From contig JBEKXL010000035.1 of assembly GCA_049512075.1 (NCBI GenBank), positions 1-17,793 of the forward strand: a DNA stretch of 17,793 nt, read 5' to 3'. Shown here piece after piece: positions 7,998 to 17,167 of this stretch. How positions within the stretch are numbered: position 1 is the first letter of the stretch; every line of letters begins with the position of its first letter. Source of the stretch: Candidatus Bathyarchaeia archaeon (GTDB lineage: Archaea > Thermoproteota > Bathyarchaeia > Bathyarchaeales > Bathycorpusculaceae). The notes beneath the pieces are model-generated. The model worked only from the letters and a program-made list of their open reading frames with translations, made no database searches and was not told the DNA's origin. Made by a program: the position numbers and the translations under genes.

Positions 7998-8318
7998 TCA
8001 ATTTTTACTCCCACCAAATATTCTGAGTATTTTGGCTACCAAGTCGTTTAATATGATTTTTGCCTGTTTTGCAGTTAAAACGATTCTTATGTCTATTCTG
8101 TAATGATACTTGTCAGTCCTTACGGTTCTTGTACGGTAATCATCAATTGATCCTTCGGTTTTCAATCCCCTCAATGATCTCTCTAGAAAGTATGAGACAA
8201 AAACAGGAACGAACCGTTCAAAGATAGGGAACACTCTAATGAAAATTGGCAATAAACGTATAAAAATAGGAAGGAACCTCACAAGAATTGGGAGGAATAG
8301 TTCAAGGTTTGGTTTCAT
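7998..8318 (-). CDS. Hypothetical protein with N-terminal 7-aa hydrophobic repeats
   Basis: Complete ORF. Paralog fragments at 2603-2794 and 12889-12930 support coding status. Confidence 0.8.
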   Translation of the reverse strand: MKPNLELFLPILVRFLPIFIRLLPIFIRVFPIFERFVPVFVSYFLERSLRGLKTEGSIDDYRTRTVRTDKYHYRIDIRIVLTAKQAKIILNDLVAKILRIFGGSKN

Positions 8319-8345
8319 AACGTCATCAATTTCGTGTTTCGAGGT

Positions 8346-8564
8346 CTACTTCTTTTTGGTTATGAGCAGCTTTATTGCAACGTCAACTGTAACGCCTTTT
8401 TCATGACTTTCCACGTTAAAATGCCAATCTTTTGATTCAACATTCATGTTCTTTGCTATACTAGCCACGTTTTTCCTGAAGTCGCCAGCTGCTTTTCTAA
8501 TCTGGTCTATTTTGCCTATAGCCTCATCAACTACTTCTTCTTCCTCTATTTTTTTATCTATCAT
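8346..8564 (-). CDS. Hypothetical protein
   Basis: 72-aa ORF with a GGGGGTGAAAGG RBS, co-oriented with 7998..8318. Confidence 0.75.
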   Translation of the reverse strand: MIDKKIEEEEVVDEAIGKIDQIRKAAGDFRKNVASIAKNMNVESKDWHFNVESHEKGVTVDVAIKLLITKKK

Positions 8565-8893
8565 ATCCTTTCACCCCCTACTTCATCCTTTCACTGTGCG
8601 GCTGCTCAGTATTTTGAGCACTTCGTATTTAAATTTAGTGCGCGCGCGCTTTGGGGGTAAAGTTTTATCTTTTTCTCTCTCTCATTTTTGTTAACGACGA
8701 ACGACGACGATGCATAGCGTTTTGATACAGAACAATTCTCATTTAGCGCGCGCGCTGCACTTTCGACATAACTTTTCCTCTTTTTTGGTGATTGAATGAC
8801 ACAGTTCATCTTCTGGGCATTCTGTCAATAGCACCTAAGCCAAAAAGCTTAAAGCATGTGCTCTAAATAGCGTATTTTCAAAAAGGAGGAAAA

Positions 8894-9190
8894 ATGAGGA
8901 TGAAAGGCAAAGAGTTTATGGACAAAGATGTTTATGCTGAAGACGAGAAAATCGGCAAAGTCAAAGAAATCGAAATAAATCTAGAAAATTGGAAAGTAAC
9001 TCATCTTGAAGTCGAATTGACCAGGGATGCAGCTGAATCTGTGCTTGGCGCAAAGAAACATGGAGTGCGAAACATGTTAGCCACTTCAGCCCTAGAGAGT
9101 GGGGTTGCAAGCTGGAACGACAGAGGACTAAACTTAAGGATCCCAAAAACAGAACTTCACGCATACCTAAAACCAGTAGTCGAAACTTAG
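8894..9190 (+). CDS. PRC-barrel domain protein
   Basis: GKEFMDKDVYAEDEKIGKVKEIEINLENWKVTHLEV fits the PRC-barrel pattern. AGGAGG RBS. Confidence 0.85.
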   Translation: MRMKGKEFMDKDVYAEDEKIGKVKEIEINLENWKVTHLEVELTRDAAESVLGAKKHGVRNMLATSALESGVASWNDRGLNLRIPKTELHAYLKPVVET

Positions 9191-9203
9191 TTGGGAATTG
9201 GCT

Positions 9204-9368
9204 ATGGACTTGTTCTGGACGATTGTTGTCATTCTCGTGATACTGTGGGCACTGGGTTTCTTTGCTGGCATAGGTCCACTAATAAATATACTGATTGTGA
9301 TTGCCGTAATCATAGTAGTATATCGACTGCTGACTGGAAGACATATCTTGAGTGGACAAAAAAGATAG
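9204..9368 (+). CDS. lmo0937-family (DUF5670-like) small membrane protein, 54 aa
   Basis: MDLFWTIVVILVILWALGFFAGIGPLINILIVIAVIIVVYRLLTGRHILSGQKR. Below the ORF-track cutoff. Confidence 0.85.
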   Translation: MDLFWTIVVILVILWALGFFAGIGPLINILIVIAVIIVVYRLLTGRHILSGQKR

Positions 9369-9515
9369 CGTTCACAGACTGTAATTTATGCCAAAACCCA
9401 TACCAAAACCCAAAAAGACTACGCTTTCCCTCTCCTAATTTCTTTTTCTGTTCTACACTTTCGACATATTCTTTTTTTGGTTTAGTTTAGTATGGAGTGA
9501 AAAGGTGGTGATAGA

Positions 9516-9737
9516 ATGAAGAACGGAAAGAAATTAGTTATAGTAGCCTTAGTATTATTCTTATGCAGTTTTATCAGCGAAATTCTTGCTGTATATCCTG
9601 TTCTCTGCAATACTCTTTTCAATGCTAATCTCCCTACTCTTCTTGACTCCACTTACGCTATGCTTCTCTCTGAAATAGGAATAGTGTTAGTTTTTGTGGC
9701 TCTAATTCTTGCCATAGTAGGAGTAGGTTTAAGCTAG
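9516..9737 (+). CDS. Small two-TM membrane protein
   Basis: 73 aa, GGTGGTG RBS, two hydrophobic helices, T-rich tract after the stop. Confidence 0.7.
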   Translation: MKNGKKLVIVALVLFLCSFISEILAVYPVLCNTLFNANLPTLLDSTYAMLLSEIGIVLVFVALILAIVGVGLS

Positions 9738-10149
9738 AAGTAAAGTTAGTATCTCTCTTTTTTTAGTCTCTTAGTCTCTTAGTTCTTTAGCTGGTTCTCG
9801 ATCCTTAGTCTTTAGGTTTTAGTACTCTTATGCCAAATACACTTTTCAATGGAGATTTTAGTGCTAGGATTCTTTAGTACTGCTTAAAGTTAGTAATGCA
9901 TTACTAGATTTTAGGACCAGTGGACCAGATCCCAGACGGTGTAAACTTGACAGATATTCAGTACTGAAGGATCCAATAGGAACGAGAAGAGCCTACCACA
10001 GTTCAATCAATACGATATTCAGATCCAGCGCGCGCGAAGTTTTGTCCAACCACCCCCAACCAACCCCCTGCTTACGGTCACCAACCTAACTCTGTGACCA
10101 ACCATACTCCGCGCGCGTTCGAAGTCTATGTCTAATGTTGAGAAGGAAA

Positions 10150-10308
10150 TCAGTCTTTCTTCTTTTCTTCTCCCTTAATCCCTTCCTTTATTCCCTTTCC
10201 AACACCCTTCACAACTCCAAAGCCTTTCTTAAGGCCTTTACCGACTGCTTCTCCGGTTTTCTCTGCAGCCTCTTCAGCTTTGCCCTTCTTTTCCTTTTTT
10301 TCAGGCAT
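10150..10308 (-). CDS. Small Lys/Gly/Glu-rich protein, 52 aa
   Basis: GGAGGTG RBS then MPEKKEKKGKAEEAAEKTGEAVGKGLKKGFGVVKGVGKGIKEGIKGEEKKKD*. Confidence 0.8.
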   Translation of the reverse strand: MPEKKEKKGKAEEAAEKTGEAVGKGLKKGFGVVKGVGKGIKEGIKGEEKKKD

Positions 10309-10415
10309 TCTTTCACCTCCAATCTAAAGATGCGTCTCAACTAGCTCATTTGATTCTTCTGCCACGGTGGATCCTCAGAAAAAACACTGTTCCGAGGCGC
10401 GCGCGGCGGGTAACT

Positions 10416-10709
10416 TCACGCAAACAGAAATCCCAGCGCGAGGCCGATCAGGAATGCAACGGAAGAATAAGGTAAGACGTTGAGCCATCCGCTTCCGGCA
10501 TCGTAGAGCTTGGGCAAAAACTTCATGGCCTGATCGAAAAGGCTGGTGAAGGTCAAGCTCAGGATCCCGGTGGCGACGAGGACTATGATGAGTGCGACAA
10601 CGGCTATCAGAAGTTTGAAACCTTTCTTAACTATAACACCTACCAGCAAACCTATGATGAAGGGCAGGACGACCGGAATTAGCCAGGCGATCTCAGGTGG
10701 AATTGACAT
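10416..10709 (-). CDS. Small multi-TM membrane protein
   Basis: 97-aa hydrophobic ORF with a GGGGAG RBS. Its stop is 10 nt from the tract at 10397-10405. Confidence 0.8.
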   Translation of the reverse strand: MSIPPEIAWLIPVVLPFIIGLLVGVIVKKGFKLLIAVVALIIVLVATGILSLTFTSLFDQAMKFLPKLYDAGSGWLNVLPYSSVAFLIGLALGFLFA

Positions 10710-11244
10710 AGTTCTCCCCGAAATTTTGGCTCTTTTTATCTACAAGCAACTTTGGAAACTCCTATATAAAATTTTTGCCGCAGCCCGCACTGACCAGTTC
10801 TACATTCAAAACGATTACCTTAAGAACCTCTATTTTAGGGATACAACGCCTCTGATGGAAACAATGGACGTGCGGGCTGTATTTCTCCCGAAGCCCTTAT
10901 TATTAATCGGACTTTTCGAGATTTCCGATAGCGCGCGCAGTACAGCAAACAGCGGAAAATGATGGGAAAGAGGAACAATTTTGTTGTAACAAAAGGCAAC
11001 AATCCAGGTTTTTCCCTACTTCCAAAAAGACAATGGACGCAACATCGATTTTTCATGCTTTGACCTTTTCGAGTCAAGCGCGCGCTCTGCAGATGTGCAC
11101 GCCTAATGCTTGGGCTTCTACGTCTCGTCCTTCAAACTTATAGATAGACGCAACATTGCACCCTAGCGCGCGCTCTATCGATAGTCGGTAGTCATTTACT
11201 AATCAGAAAAACAGTTGGGAATCTCCAAGTAGGCTTGGTGATTG

Positions 11245-11910
11245 CTATTTTTTCTGCGCATAGATGGACTCTGTCTTGCAACCTATTCTTCTTCCTTCAT
11301 GGATTAAATACGCGTATATGGTGTAGTACCCTGTTTCCTTTGGTGTAAACTCAGCGGAGTAGCGGGCTTCCTCTCCAACGGAAAGTTCCTTTATATTCAG
11401 TTTGGCCTGCTCTTCAAGCTTTCCTGAGGGGGTTTCCACCCAGAATTCCAGTTTGAGTTCTGTACTTTTTTCCAAGCCCTTAATGGTTGCCTCGGCTTCG
11501 ATGGCCTTTCCAATTGCCGCATACGGGTTTGAAAGCACTAGTAAACGCTCGATTTCTGCTTTTTCCTCGCTTACATGGATATGCGTCCAACCGGATTCCC
11601 ACCAGAAGGAGTCTCCACCAAATTTACGTCCAGTGATAGTGGCATACACATCAGCTGATCCGTATGCGTTAACCCGGAAAACCAATTCTTTTTCTTCATT
11701 TGGCTTAAGCTCTATGAGGTAGTGTCCTTGATACATATAGGGAAGAGAAAGATAGAAAGTGTCTAGAGAGTGCAATTGCACGTCAAGTTTCTTAAGAGTT
11801 TCCTTTCCTGTGTTTTTCAGTTTCAATGTTAACCATTGTATTCCTTTGTCTATCTCTGTAGGATCGAATTCATACTCAATAGGGTGCCTATATCTCAACA
11901 CTTTTTTCAC
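11245..11910 (-). CDS. Hypothetical protein with two beta-sandwich (Ig/CARDB-like) domains
   Basis: LTLKLKNTGKETL..L.P.EEKEL.F and FTPKETGYYTIYAYL are Ig-fold-like patterns. Confidence 0.75.
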   Translation of the reverse strand: MKKVLRYRHPIEYEFDPTEIDKGIQWLTLKLKNTGKETLKKLDVQLHSLDTFYLSLPYMYQGHYLIELKPNEEKELVFRVNAYGSADVYATITGRKFGGDSFWWESGWTHIHVSEEKAEIERLLVLSNPYAAIGKAIEAEATIKGLEKSTELKLEFWVETPSGKLEEQAKLNIKELSVGEEARYSAEFTPKETGYYTIYAYLIHEGRRIGCKTESIYAQKK

Positions 11911-12126
11911 CTCCTTTCATCTTGCGAATTTACTCCACTCGCTTTCGCGGGACCAACTATTCAAACGTCTCACTACTAGTTAAATTTACCCCAAACCAAA
12001 AAAAGGGCTTTAGGGTGGGCCATCACAGTTTGCGCACCATAACATGATTCCTCGCGCGTGTCGTGTTAGCATGGTTCTGCAAAGTTCCATATATGATGGA
12101 TGGCGATTTATCTCAGAGAGTTAGGT

Positions 12127-12296
12127 ATGGATACGTTTTGGACGATTGTTTTTATTCTCGTGATACTGTGGCAGTGGGATTCTTTGCTCTGCCTGGCGTA
12201 GGTGAATTGATACATATACAGCTTGTGATTGCCGTAATTATAGCAGTCTATCGGCTTTTGACTGGAAGACATATCTTGAGTGGAGAAAAAAGATAG
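12127..12296 (+). pseudogene. Frameshifted paralog of the lmo0937-family gene at 9204
   Basis: MDTFWTIVFILVILW / AVGFFALPGVGELIHIQLVIAVIIAVYRLLTGRHILSGEKR*. One G is missing near 12174 (CTGTGGCA versus CTGTGGGCA). Confidence 0.85.
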
Positions 12297-12665
12297 TGTT
12301 CACAGACAGGATCGCACCCTCGAATAACTCGTTTGGCAAGTTTGAAGTTCACGTCAAAATGGAAATGGCGCATGAGGATAATCTCTGCTAACAATCTGCT
12401 TGCGCATAATACAATGGGTGCGGGCGCCAAATACGCTCGTCAAACGGATCTATAGACCAACATAGTGAGGGCAGACTCCAAACCATTTTTGGCCGGTTTA
12501 GGAACAGCCAAGCGTGCTGAAGGTCGCAAAAACTATTAGCATACTCGCAAAGTCCTGAATAAGCAGTAATGCAAATGGGTCAACTCAAAATAGGGATACT
12601 TGGACAACGATTTCCATAAATAACTCTACAGCGAATGCTTGGTATAGTCTACCCGAGGTGAGAAC

Positions 12666-12824
12666 ATGGAATTTGCGATAGTTATCGTGGGACTTGGCAT
12701 ATGGTTAGTCATTGATGGACTCTACAGCATATTCGAATACCGCAAGCAGACACTTCAAGAACATCTAATAAGAGTCATACGAGCGGGGGTTGGAGTTACC
12801 CTAATCGCCTTATACTTCCTTTAA
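12666..12824 (+). CDS. Small two-TM membrane protein, 52 aa
   Basis: GAGGTG RBS then MEFAIVIVGLGIWLVIDGLYSIFEYRKQTLQEHLIRVIRAGVGVTLIALYFL*. Confidence 0.75.
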   Translation: MEFAIVIVGLGIWLVIDGLYSIFEYRKQTLQEHLIRVIRAGVGVTLIALYFL

Positions 12825-12934
12825 GAAGAGGGTGAGAAACATGAACGACTGTCGAGTTACCATATTCTTCGTGAAAATGGGGAGACAAAACGACTTGGTA
12901 ACCAAGGTGTTTAGAAGGCTTAGAAGGTGAGATA

Positions 12935-13419
12935 GTGGGGTCTAGTGTAGATGACGAAATAGATGAAATAGCTCAAAGAATTTTGTTAGAGCTTGAAAGC
13001 GCAAGTTCCAAGGATTTATCTGACGCCATTATGCAAAGATGATGTTGCGGTTATCCGACGTTCATTACGCAAAAAAAGTGCTGCAACAGATAGGAAGTGT
13101 TAGATCTGGAGCTGAACATGATATCGAGAGAAGAGCAGTGATCAAGGTTCTGTTGTTTTCTACGTGGGTGCAGAGACTTTATTTCATCATGAGATTCTTC
13201 ATCATGGGGGAGATAGGTGGGGCCGTTACATTCCTTTTCATATGGTACGTTGGCTCAATAGACGTTATTAGGGGATTTGAATTCGGCATATTTGTGTTTG
13301 TATTTTCGCTGGTCATAACAAGACTATTTGATGCGCAAATAACCAAAGCTACAAAAAAGATCGCCGAACTCATGGCTAATCATAGAATCGTTAGAGATTT
13401 TATCATGAATCACTTCTAG
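12935..13419 (+). pseudogene. Frameshifted paralog of the 2784..3296 membrane protein
   Basis: GTG-GSSVDDEIDEIAQRILLELESASSKDLSDA, then a 1-nt deletion near 13027 (GACGCCATTAT versus GACGCTCATTAT). The remainder is ORF 13039..13419. Confidence 0.85.
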
Positions 13420-13656
13420 GCGAAGAGTGTGTAAGTTGATCGAGTTGTCCGTTTACACGCGCGCTGCAAAATTGTCACCCAAGACCATTGCTTTTCGATG
13501 TTTCTCGTGAAGCGTGCTAAGTTAAAGTGATAGAATGAATCAAAGGCGAAAAAGCAGAAAAAGAAGGGGAAGAGCTGATGTTAACGCGCGCCAGTTCTGC
13601 AAGAAAGACCTGTCTGAAAAACACGTGATATCGATCGAATAACACAAGCGCGCGTT

Positions 13657-13973
13657 TCCTCCCATCACGTCAAAGGAATCGAAGTCTGCAGAGATAAACT
13701 CATCCTCTACGGTTGCGGTGATATTCTAAACAATTACGAAGGCATAAGCACTCATGAACCTTTCAGGCAGGACTGATGTACTTTGCCACAGTGGAACCTA
13801 CAAAAGGAAAGGCGCTTTCACTTTAAATGATTGCGACTAAAATCAAACGCTTCAGACAAAATCAAGCATCGAGCCAAGACACTCTGTGGTTGAAGAGAAC
13901 ACTTGACAGAGAAAGCAATGAGTTAGGAACCCAAACAGAACTGGGTAACGACAACAGGTTGAGGCTTGTCTAG
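13657..13973 (+). pseudogene. 3' fragment of a CapA-family (poly-gamma-glutamate synthesis) gene, decayed
   Basis: SSHHVKGIEVCRDKLILYGCGDILNNYEGI...FRQD / MYFATVEP...*MIATKIKRFR...WLKRTLDRE...LRLV* matches the CapA C-terminus GHSSHH..GIEVY..KLILYGCGDF..DYEGI. Contains an internal stop and a frameshift. Confidence 0.85.
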
Positions 13974-14114
13974 CAAGTGCTTGCATCTGCATTTCTATCA
14001 TACACAGACTGATTTGGTTTGACTGATTTTTTATCATATCTTTAAGGTAGAATGCCAAATCATTCTAACATCTTCAAATGCACATGCGCGCGCTAGAAAA
14101 CGAAGCTCGCACTG

Positions 14115-15173
14115 TCATTTGGTTTCGCTTTCCGTCATCGACAGGTCCGAAGAAGTAACCTCGGGAGTGGGAGTGCTGCTGAGCAGTTTTCTCGCCCCGA
14201 TCCACTGAATGATGACGAAGCCAACTAGGATCTGAAACCAAAAAATCATGATTCTGATCAGCGCGGTTGCTGCTCCACCGATTGCGGTTGGAATGCCGGA
14301 TGACGCATAGAGGGTTGTCATAATGATCTCTACAATGCCAACAGAGAATGCCGCCGAGAGCCCTTGTATGTACATGGTTATTGAAGCCACTAGTATGACT
14401 AGACCGAACGCTATGTCCCTGAAGCCCAGGGCATAGAAGACCAAGAAATATACAGACATCTGGAATAGCCATCCGAGAGTTGAATAGATGAGCGGCTTGA
14501 TTATGTGTCTTGGATGTCTTCTCAAAGTCTCGAAACCTTGATGAAAAACTGCCAGGTTTTTCTCAGTTCTCTTCTGCAAATCATCAGTTTTGAAACGTTT
14601 CCCGACAAAGATTCTCGCGAAATTTGCCAACAACTTTGACAGTCTCTTTGATGCTTTTGTCTTTATAGCCACGTAGAGCAGAACTACTGCTTGAATGATA
14701 GATAAAGCCAATGTGATCACTAATATGTCGATGATGACAAAATTGGTCTGAGAATTGAGGATGATTGAGACAGACCCAAACGTCAAAACGCCCAAAATCG
14801 CTACAGTTGTGATGATGCGGAGGCTTACGACTGATGCAACGGTCTTTCCGAAGTCCTCCTTGACTTCTTCATAAACCAAGTACAGCCTGGCAATCTCTCC
14901 GCAGATGGTCTCGCAGGGGATTACCAAATCGACGAAGTTTCCAACCCAGTTGTAAAGGAATGCTTTGCGTGGACTTATGTTGATTGAGAGAGTTTTGAGG
15001 AGCTCGTACCATGCCATAGAAGTGAAGAACATACTCAACAACATAGAAACGGCTGTCAGGGAGAAAAAGAGAATAAACTCAGATTGATTGATTTTCTGCA
15101 TCAAGTCGAGTATCTTGTTAAAACCCGCAAAGAAGTAAAGGTATAGAATGAAAACTGACAGGCCTACAATCAT
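14115..15173 (-). CDS. Lysylphosphatidylglycerol synthase TM region / UPF0104 (AglD2-like) flippase-domain protein
   Basis: W..LL, GNFVDLVIP..TICGEIAR, VGIVEIIM, LIRIMIFW. An out-of-frame ATG at 15208 may be the original start, implying a 1-nt loss. Confidence 0.88.
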   Translation of the reverse strand: MIVGLSVFILYLYFFAGFNKILDLMQKINQSEFILFFSLTAVSMLLSMFFTSMAWYELLKTLSINISPRKAFLYNWVGNFVDLVIPCETICGEIARLYLVYEEVKEDFGKTVASVVSLRIITTVAILGVLTFGSVSIILNSQTNFVIIDILVITLALSIIQAVVLLYVAIKTKASKRLSKLLANFARIFVGKRFKTDDLQKRTEKNLAVFHQGFETLRRHPRHIIKPLIYSTLGWLFQMSVYFLVFYALGFRDIAFGLVILVASITMYIQGLSAAFSVGIVEIIMTTLYASSGIPTAIGGAATALIRIMIFWFQILVGFVIIQWIGARKLLSSTPTPEVTSSDLSMTESETK

Positions 15174-15584
15174 GACAGAAAAGACTTGCGGACTGCAAGA
15201 TAATTCATGACAGGCATTAGTTGTTCAACTCTTGCTACTCGCTTCTCCCAAGCGCTACGCGCGGGCTCTTAAACGCGCTTGGTTCATAGGGCACAAAATC
15301 TGAGCTTGGGATAAAAATTTTGCCGTCTAAATAGCATGCAATCTTGCATATCTTGAACAACATCTGTGGATTCGCTGATCTTCCGCGCGCGCTATGATAA
15401 CTGACGACTTGGATGCAAAACACGGTTTTGCAGCATATTTTTGTTAGCACGGTTCAATCATAACGCGCGATAGGGAATTGTCTGCGCAAAGATGTCGCTG
15501 CAGTCTCCAAGTCACATAAACTATTTATCGTCCAAGCTGCTACCAGTATTCCAGCTGAATGCTCATCTAAGATGGTTGATGGTA

Positions 15585-15983
15585 ATGGCTACGCCTGATG
15601 ACATAAAGAACATACTTGGCCCGAACGAAAAGGTTGAGCTGTATATTAAGGAGAAAATCTACCATCCTCAGCTGAACATCGATTCCTTGATTATTACGAA
15701 CGAACGGATACTTCTGCGACACCCCCACGCGCTCGGATTGAAGAAGGATTTCACCGATTACAGCTACTCGGACATCGCGGGTGTAACGTTGGACAAGGGA
15801 ATAATGCGATCAACAATCAAACTTACACTCAAACGCGATGGAGAACCACTAGAGCTGGGCAAGTTACCAACCTCCCTTGCAGAAAAGGGGTATGGCATCA
15901 TCAGAGAGAACGTGGGCAGATTCCAAGCACCTTTTTCAACCGGATATGCCAACGCTCCCGACGCTCCTAAAGCTCCTAAATAA
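15585..15983 (+). CDS. Bacterial-type PH domain protein
   Basis: LGPNEKVELY...DSLIITNERILL...KDFTDYSYSDI..V.LDKGIMRSTI. Start chosen at MATPDD. Confidence 0.82.
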   Translation: MATPDDIKNILGPNEKVELYIKEKIYHPQLNIDSLIITNERILLRHPHALGLKKDFTDYSYSDIAGVTLDKGIMRSTIKLTLKRDGEPLELGKLPTSLAEKGYGIIRENVGRFQAPFSTGYANAPDAPKAPK

Positions 15984-16234
15984 TCGCTTCAGCGGCCACG
16001 GCAAGAGCCCCTCCACTTGGGCTTTACCGAAGTGTATGGCAACTATTCGCCGGCACACGCGCACTTTACATGCAGCATGATCCGAACTGCGTGTTTCCCC
16101 ACGTCGGCGCGCGCGCAAAATAATATTAACGAGTTGCAGCGTATAAATTGCTTAGATTCGAATGGCTAAGGTGAGCAAAATCTTGGACTTTCTCAAATTG
16201 AGGTCCTTGACGAATCGTGAGTAGGTAAATTCAC

Positions 16235-17167
16235 ATGAATCTTCCTACGCATATAATGTTTGGTGCGCTAATCGGAGCTCTTTTCTTTGGGAGGTGGGAC
16301 ATCATTTTGCTTGTTGCCATCGGGTCAGTCCTCCCTGATATGGATAGGGAGTATGGCTTTTTCAGCAAAGATTACTTCCGCGACCATCAGCTCCATCGGG
16401 CGCTATACCACAACTTCGTTTTCATTGGGATCGTTTTTCTGATTAATCCTTACCTTGCACTGGGTGCTTTCTGTCATACTCTTCTTGATGGTATCAACAC
16501 AGCAAAAGATCGCGGGGTGGAGTGGCTTTATCCTTTTTCAAGGCTAGTGAGGAAAGCTAGGTATGATCACGAAGGTAAAAAAATTGCGTTCGATATCAAA
16601 ACTAAGGTATATATGTATCAAAACGACCCAGTCGAGCTCACTAGAAAAACCGCGGAGGATATGAAAGATTTTACTCTCAGGCCCTGGCGAAGGATATACG
16701 GTCCCTTCTATTCTGGCGGTATCCTGGACATAGGAATTTTTGTTGGTTCAACTGTACTCATCCTGTTTTTGGCTCTCCTGTCTGTGTTTGGGGTTAGGAC
16801 TTTCATCGATTTTTACCAACCCCAATTTAGCTTCAACTTTATTGGTCCTTTGTCAATCGGTGTTTTGGGCACTTCTCTAGTTTTGGGCGTAGGTGAAATA
16901 AAGAGGCACAGAGAGGCGAAAAGAGCTTCTCGGGCACCGCCGATGCTGTATAAGCTATCATTCTTTCTCTCGTTATCCTTAATCGCGTTTGGGGTTGGGC
17001 TTGGAGCCTACCTCAACCCAAGTTCATATATCACATCCGCAAGCGATCTTCCCTACGTGGCGGCAGGAATCTTAGTGGTGTTTTTAACTGCCTTCATTGT
17101 GCTTAGAATCTATTCTTCAAGGTCAATTGCGAGAATGAGAAATGGCCATGACCCATATGCAGTCTAA
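16235..17167 (+). CDS. Membrane-bound metal-dependent hydrolase (YdjM-like)
   Basis: Motifs TH, GSVLPDMD, HRALYHN, HTLLD, GVEWLYPF. Confidence 0.88.
   Translation: MNLPTHIMFGALIGALFFGRWDIILLVAIGSVLPDMDREYGFFSKDYFRDHQLHRALYHNFVFIGIVFLINPYLALGAFCHTLLDGINTAKDRGVEWLYPFSRLVRKARYDHEGKKIAFDIKTKVYMYQNDPVELTRKTAEDMKDFTLRPWRRIYGPFYSGGILDIGIFVGSTVLILFLALLSVFGVRTFIDFYQPQFSFNFIGPLSIGVLGTSLVLGVGEIKRHREAKRASRAPPMLYKLSFFLSLSLIAFGVGLGAYLNPSSYITSASDLPYVAAGILVVFLTAFIVLRIYSSRSIARMRNGHDPYAV

Noticed and set aside
8694-8710. ACG-type microsatellite ACGACGAACGACGACGA
   Set aside because: Short, single occurrence, no supporting context.
9191-9490. 99-aa Cys-rich ORF
   Set aside because: Alternative frame over the lmo0937-family gene at 9204-9368.
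10135-10344. 69-aa Phe/Leu-rich plus-strand ORF
   Set aside because: Antisense of the Lys-rich gene at 10150-10308, which has a strong RBS.
12398-12425. TGCGCATAAT resembling a XerC arm of dif
   Set aside because: No matching second arm at 6-nt spacing.
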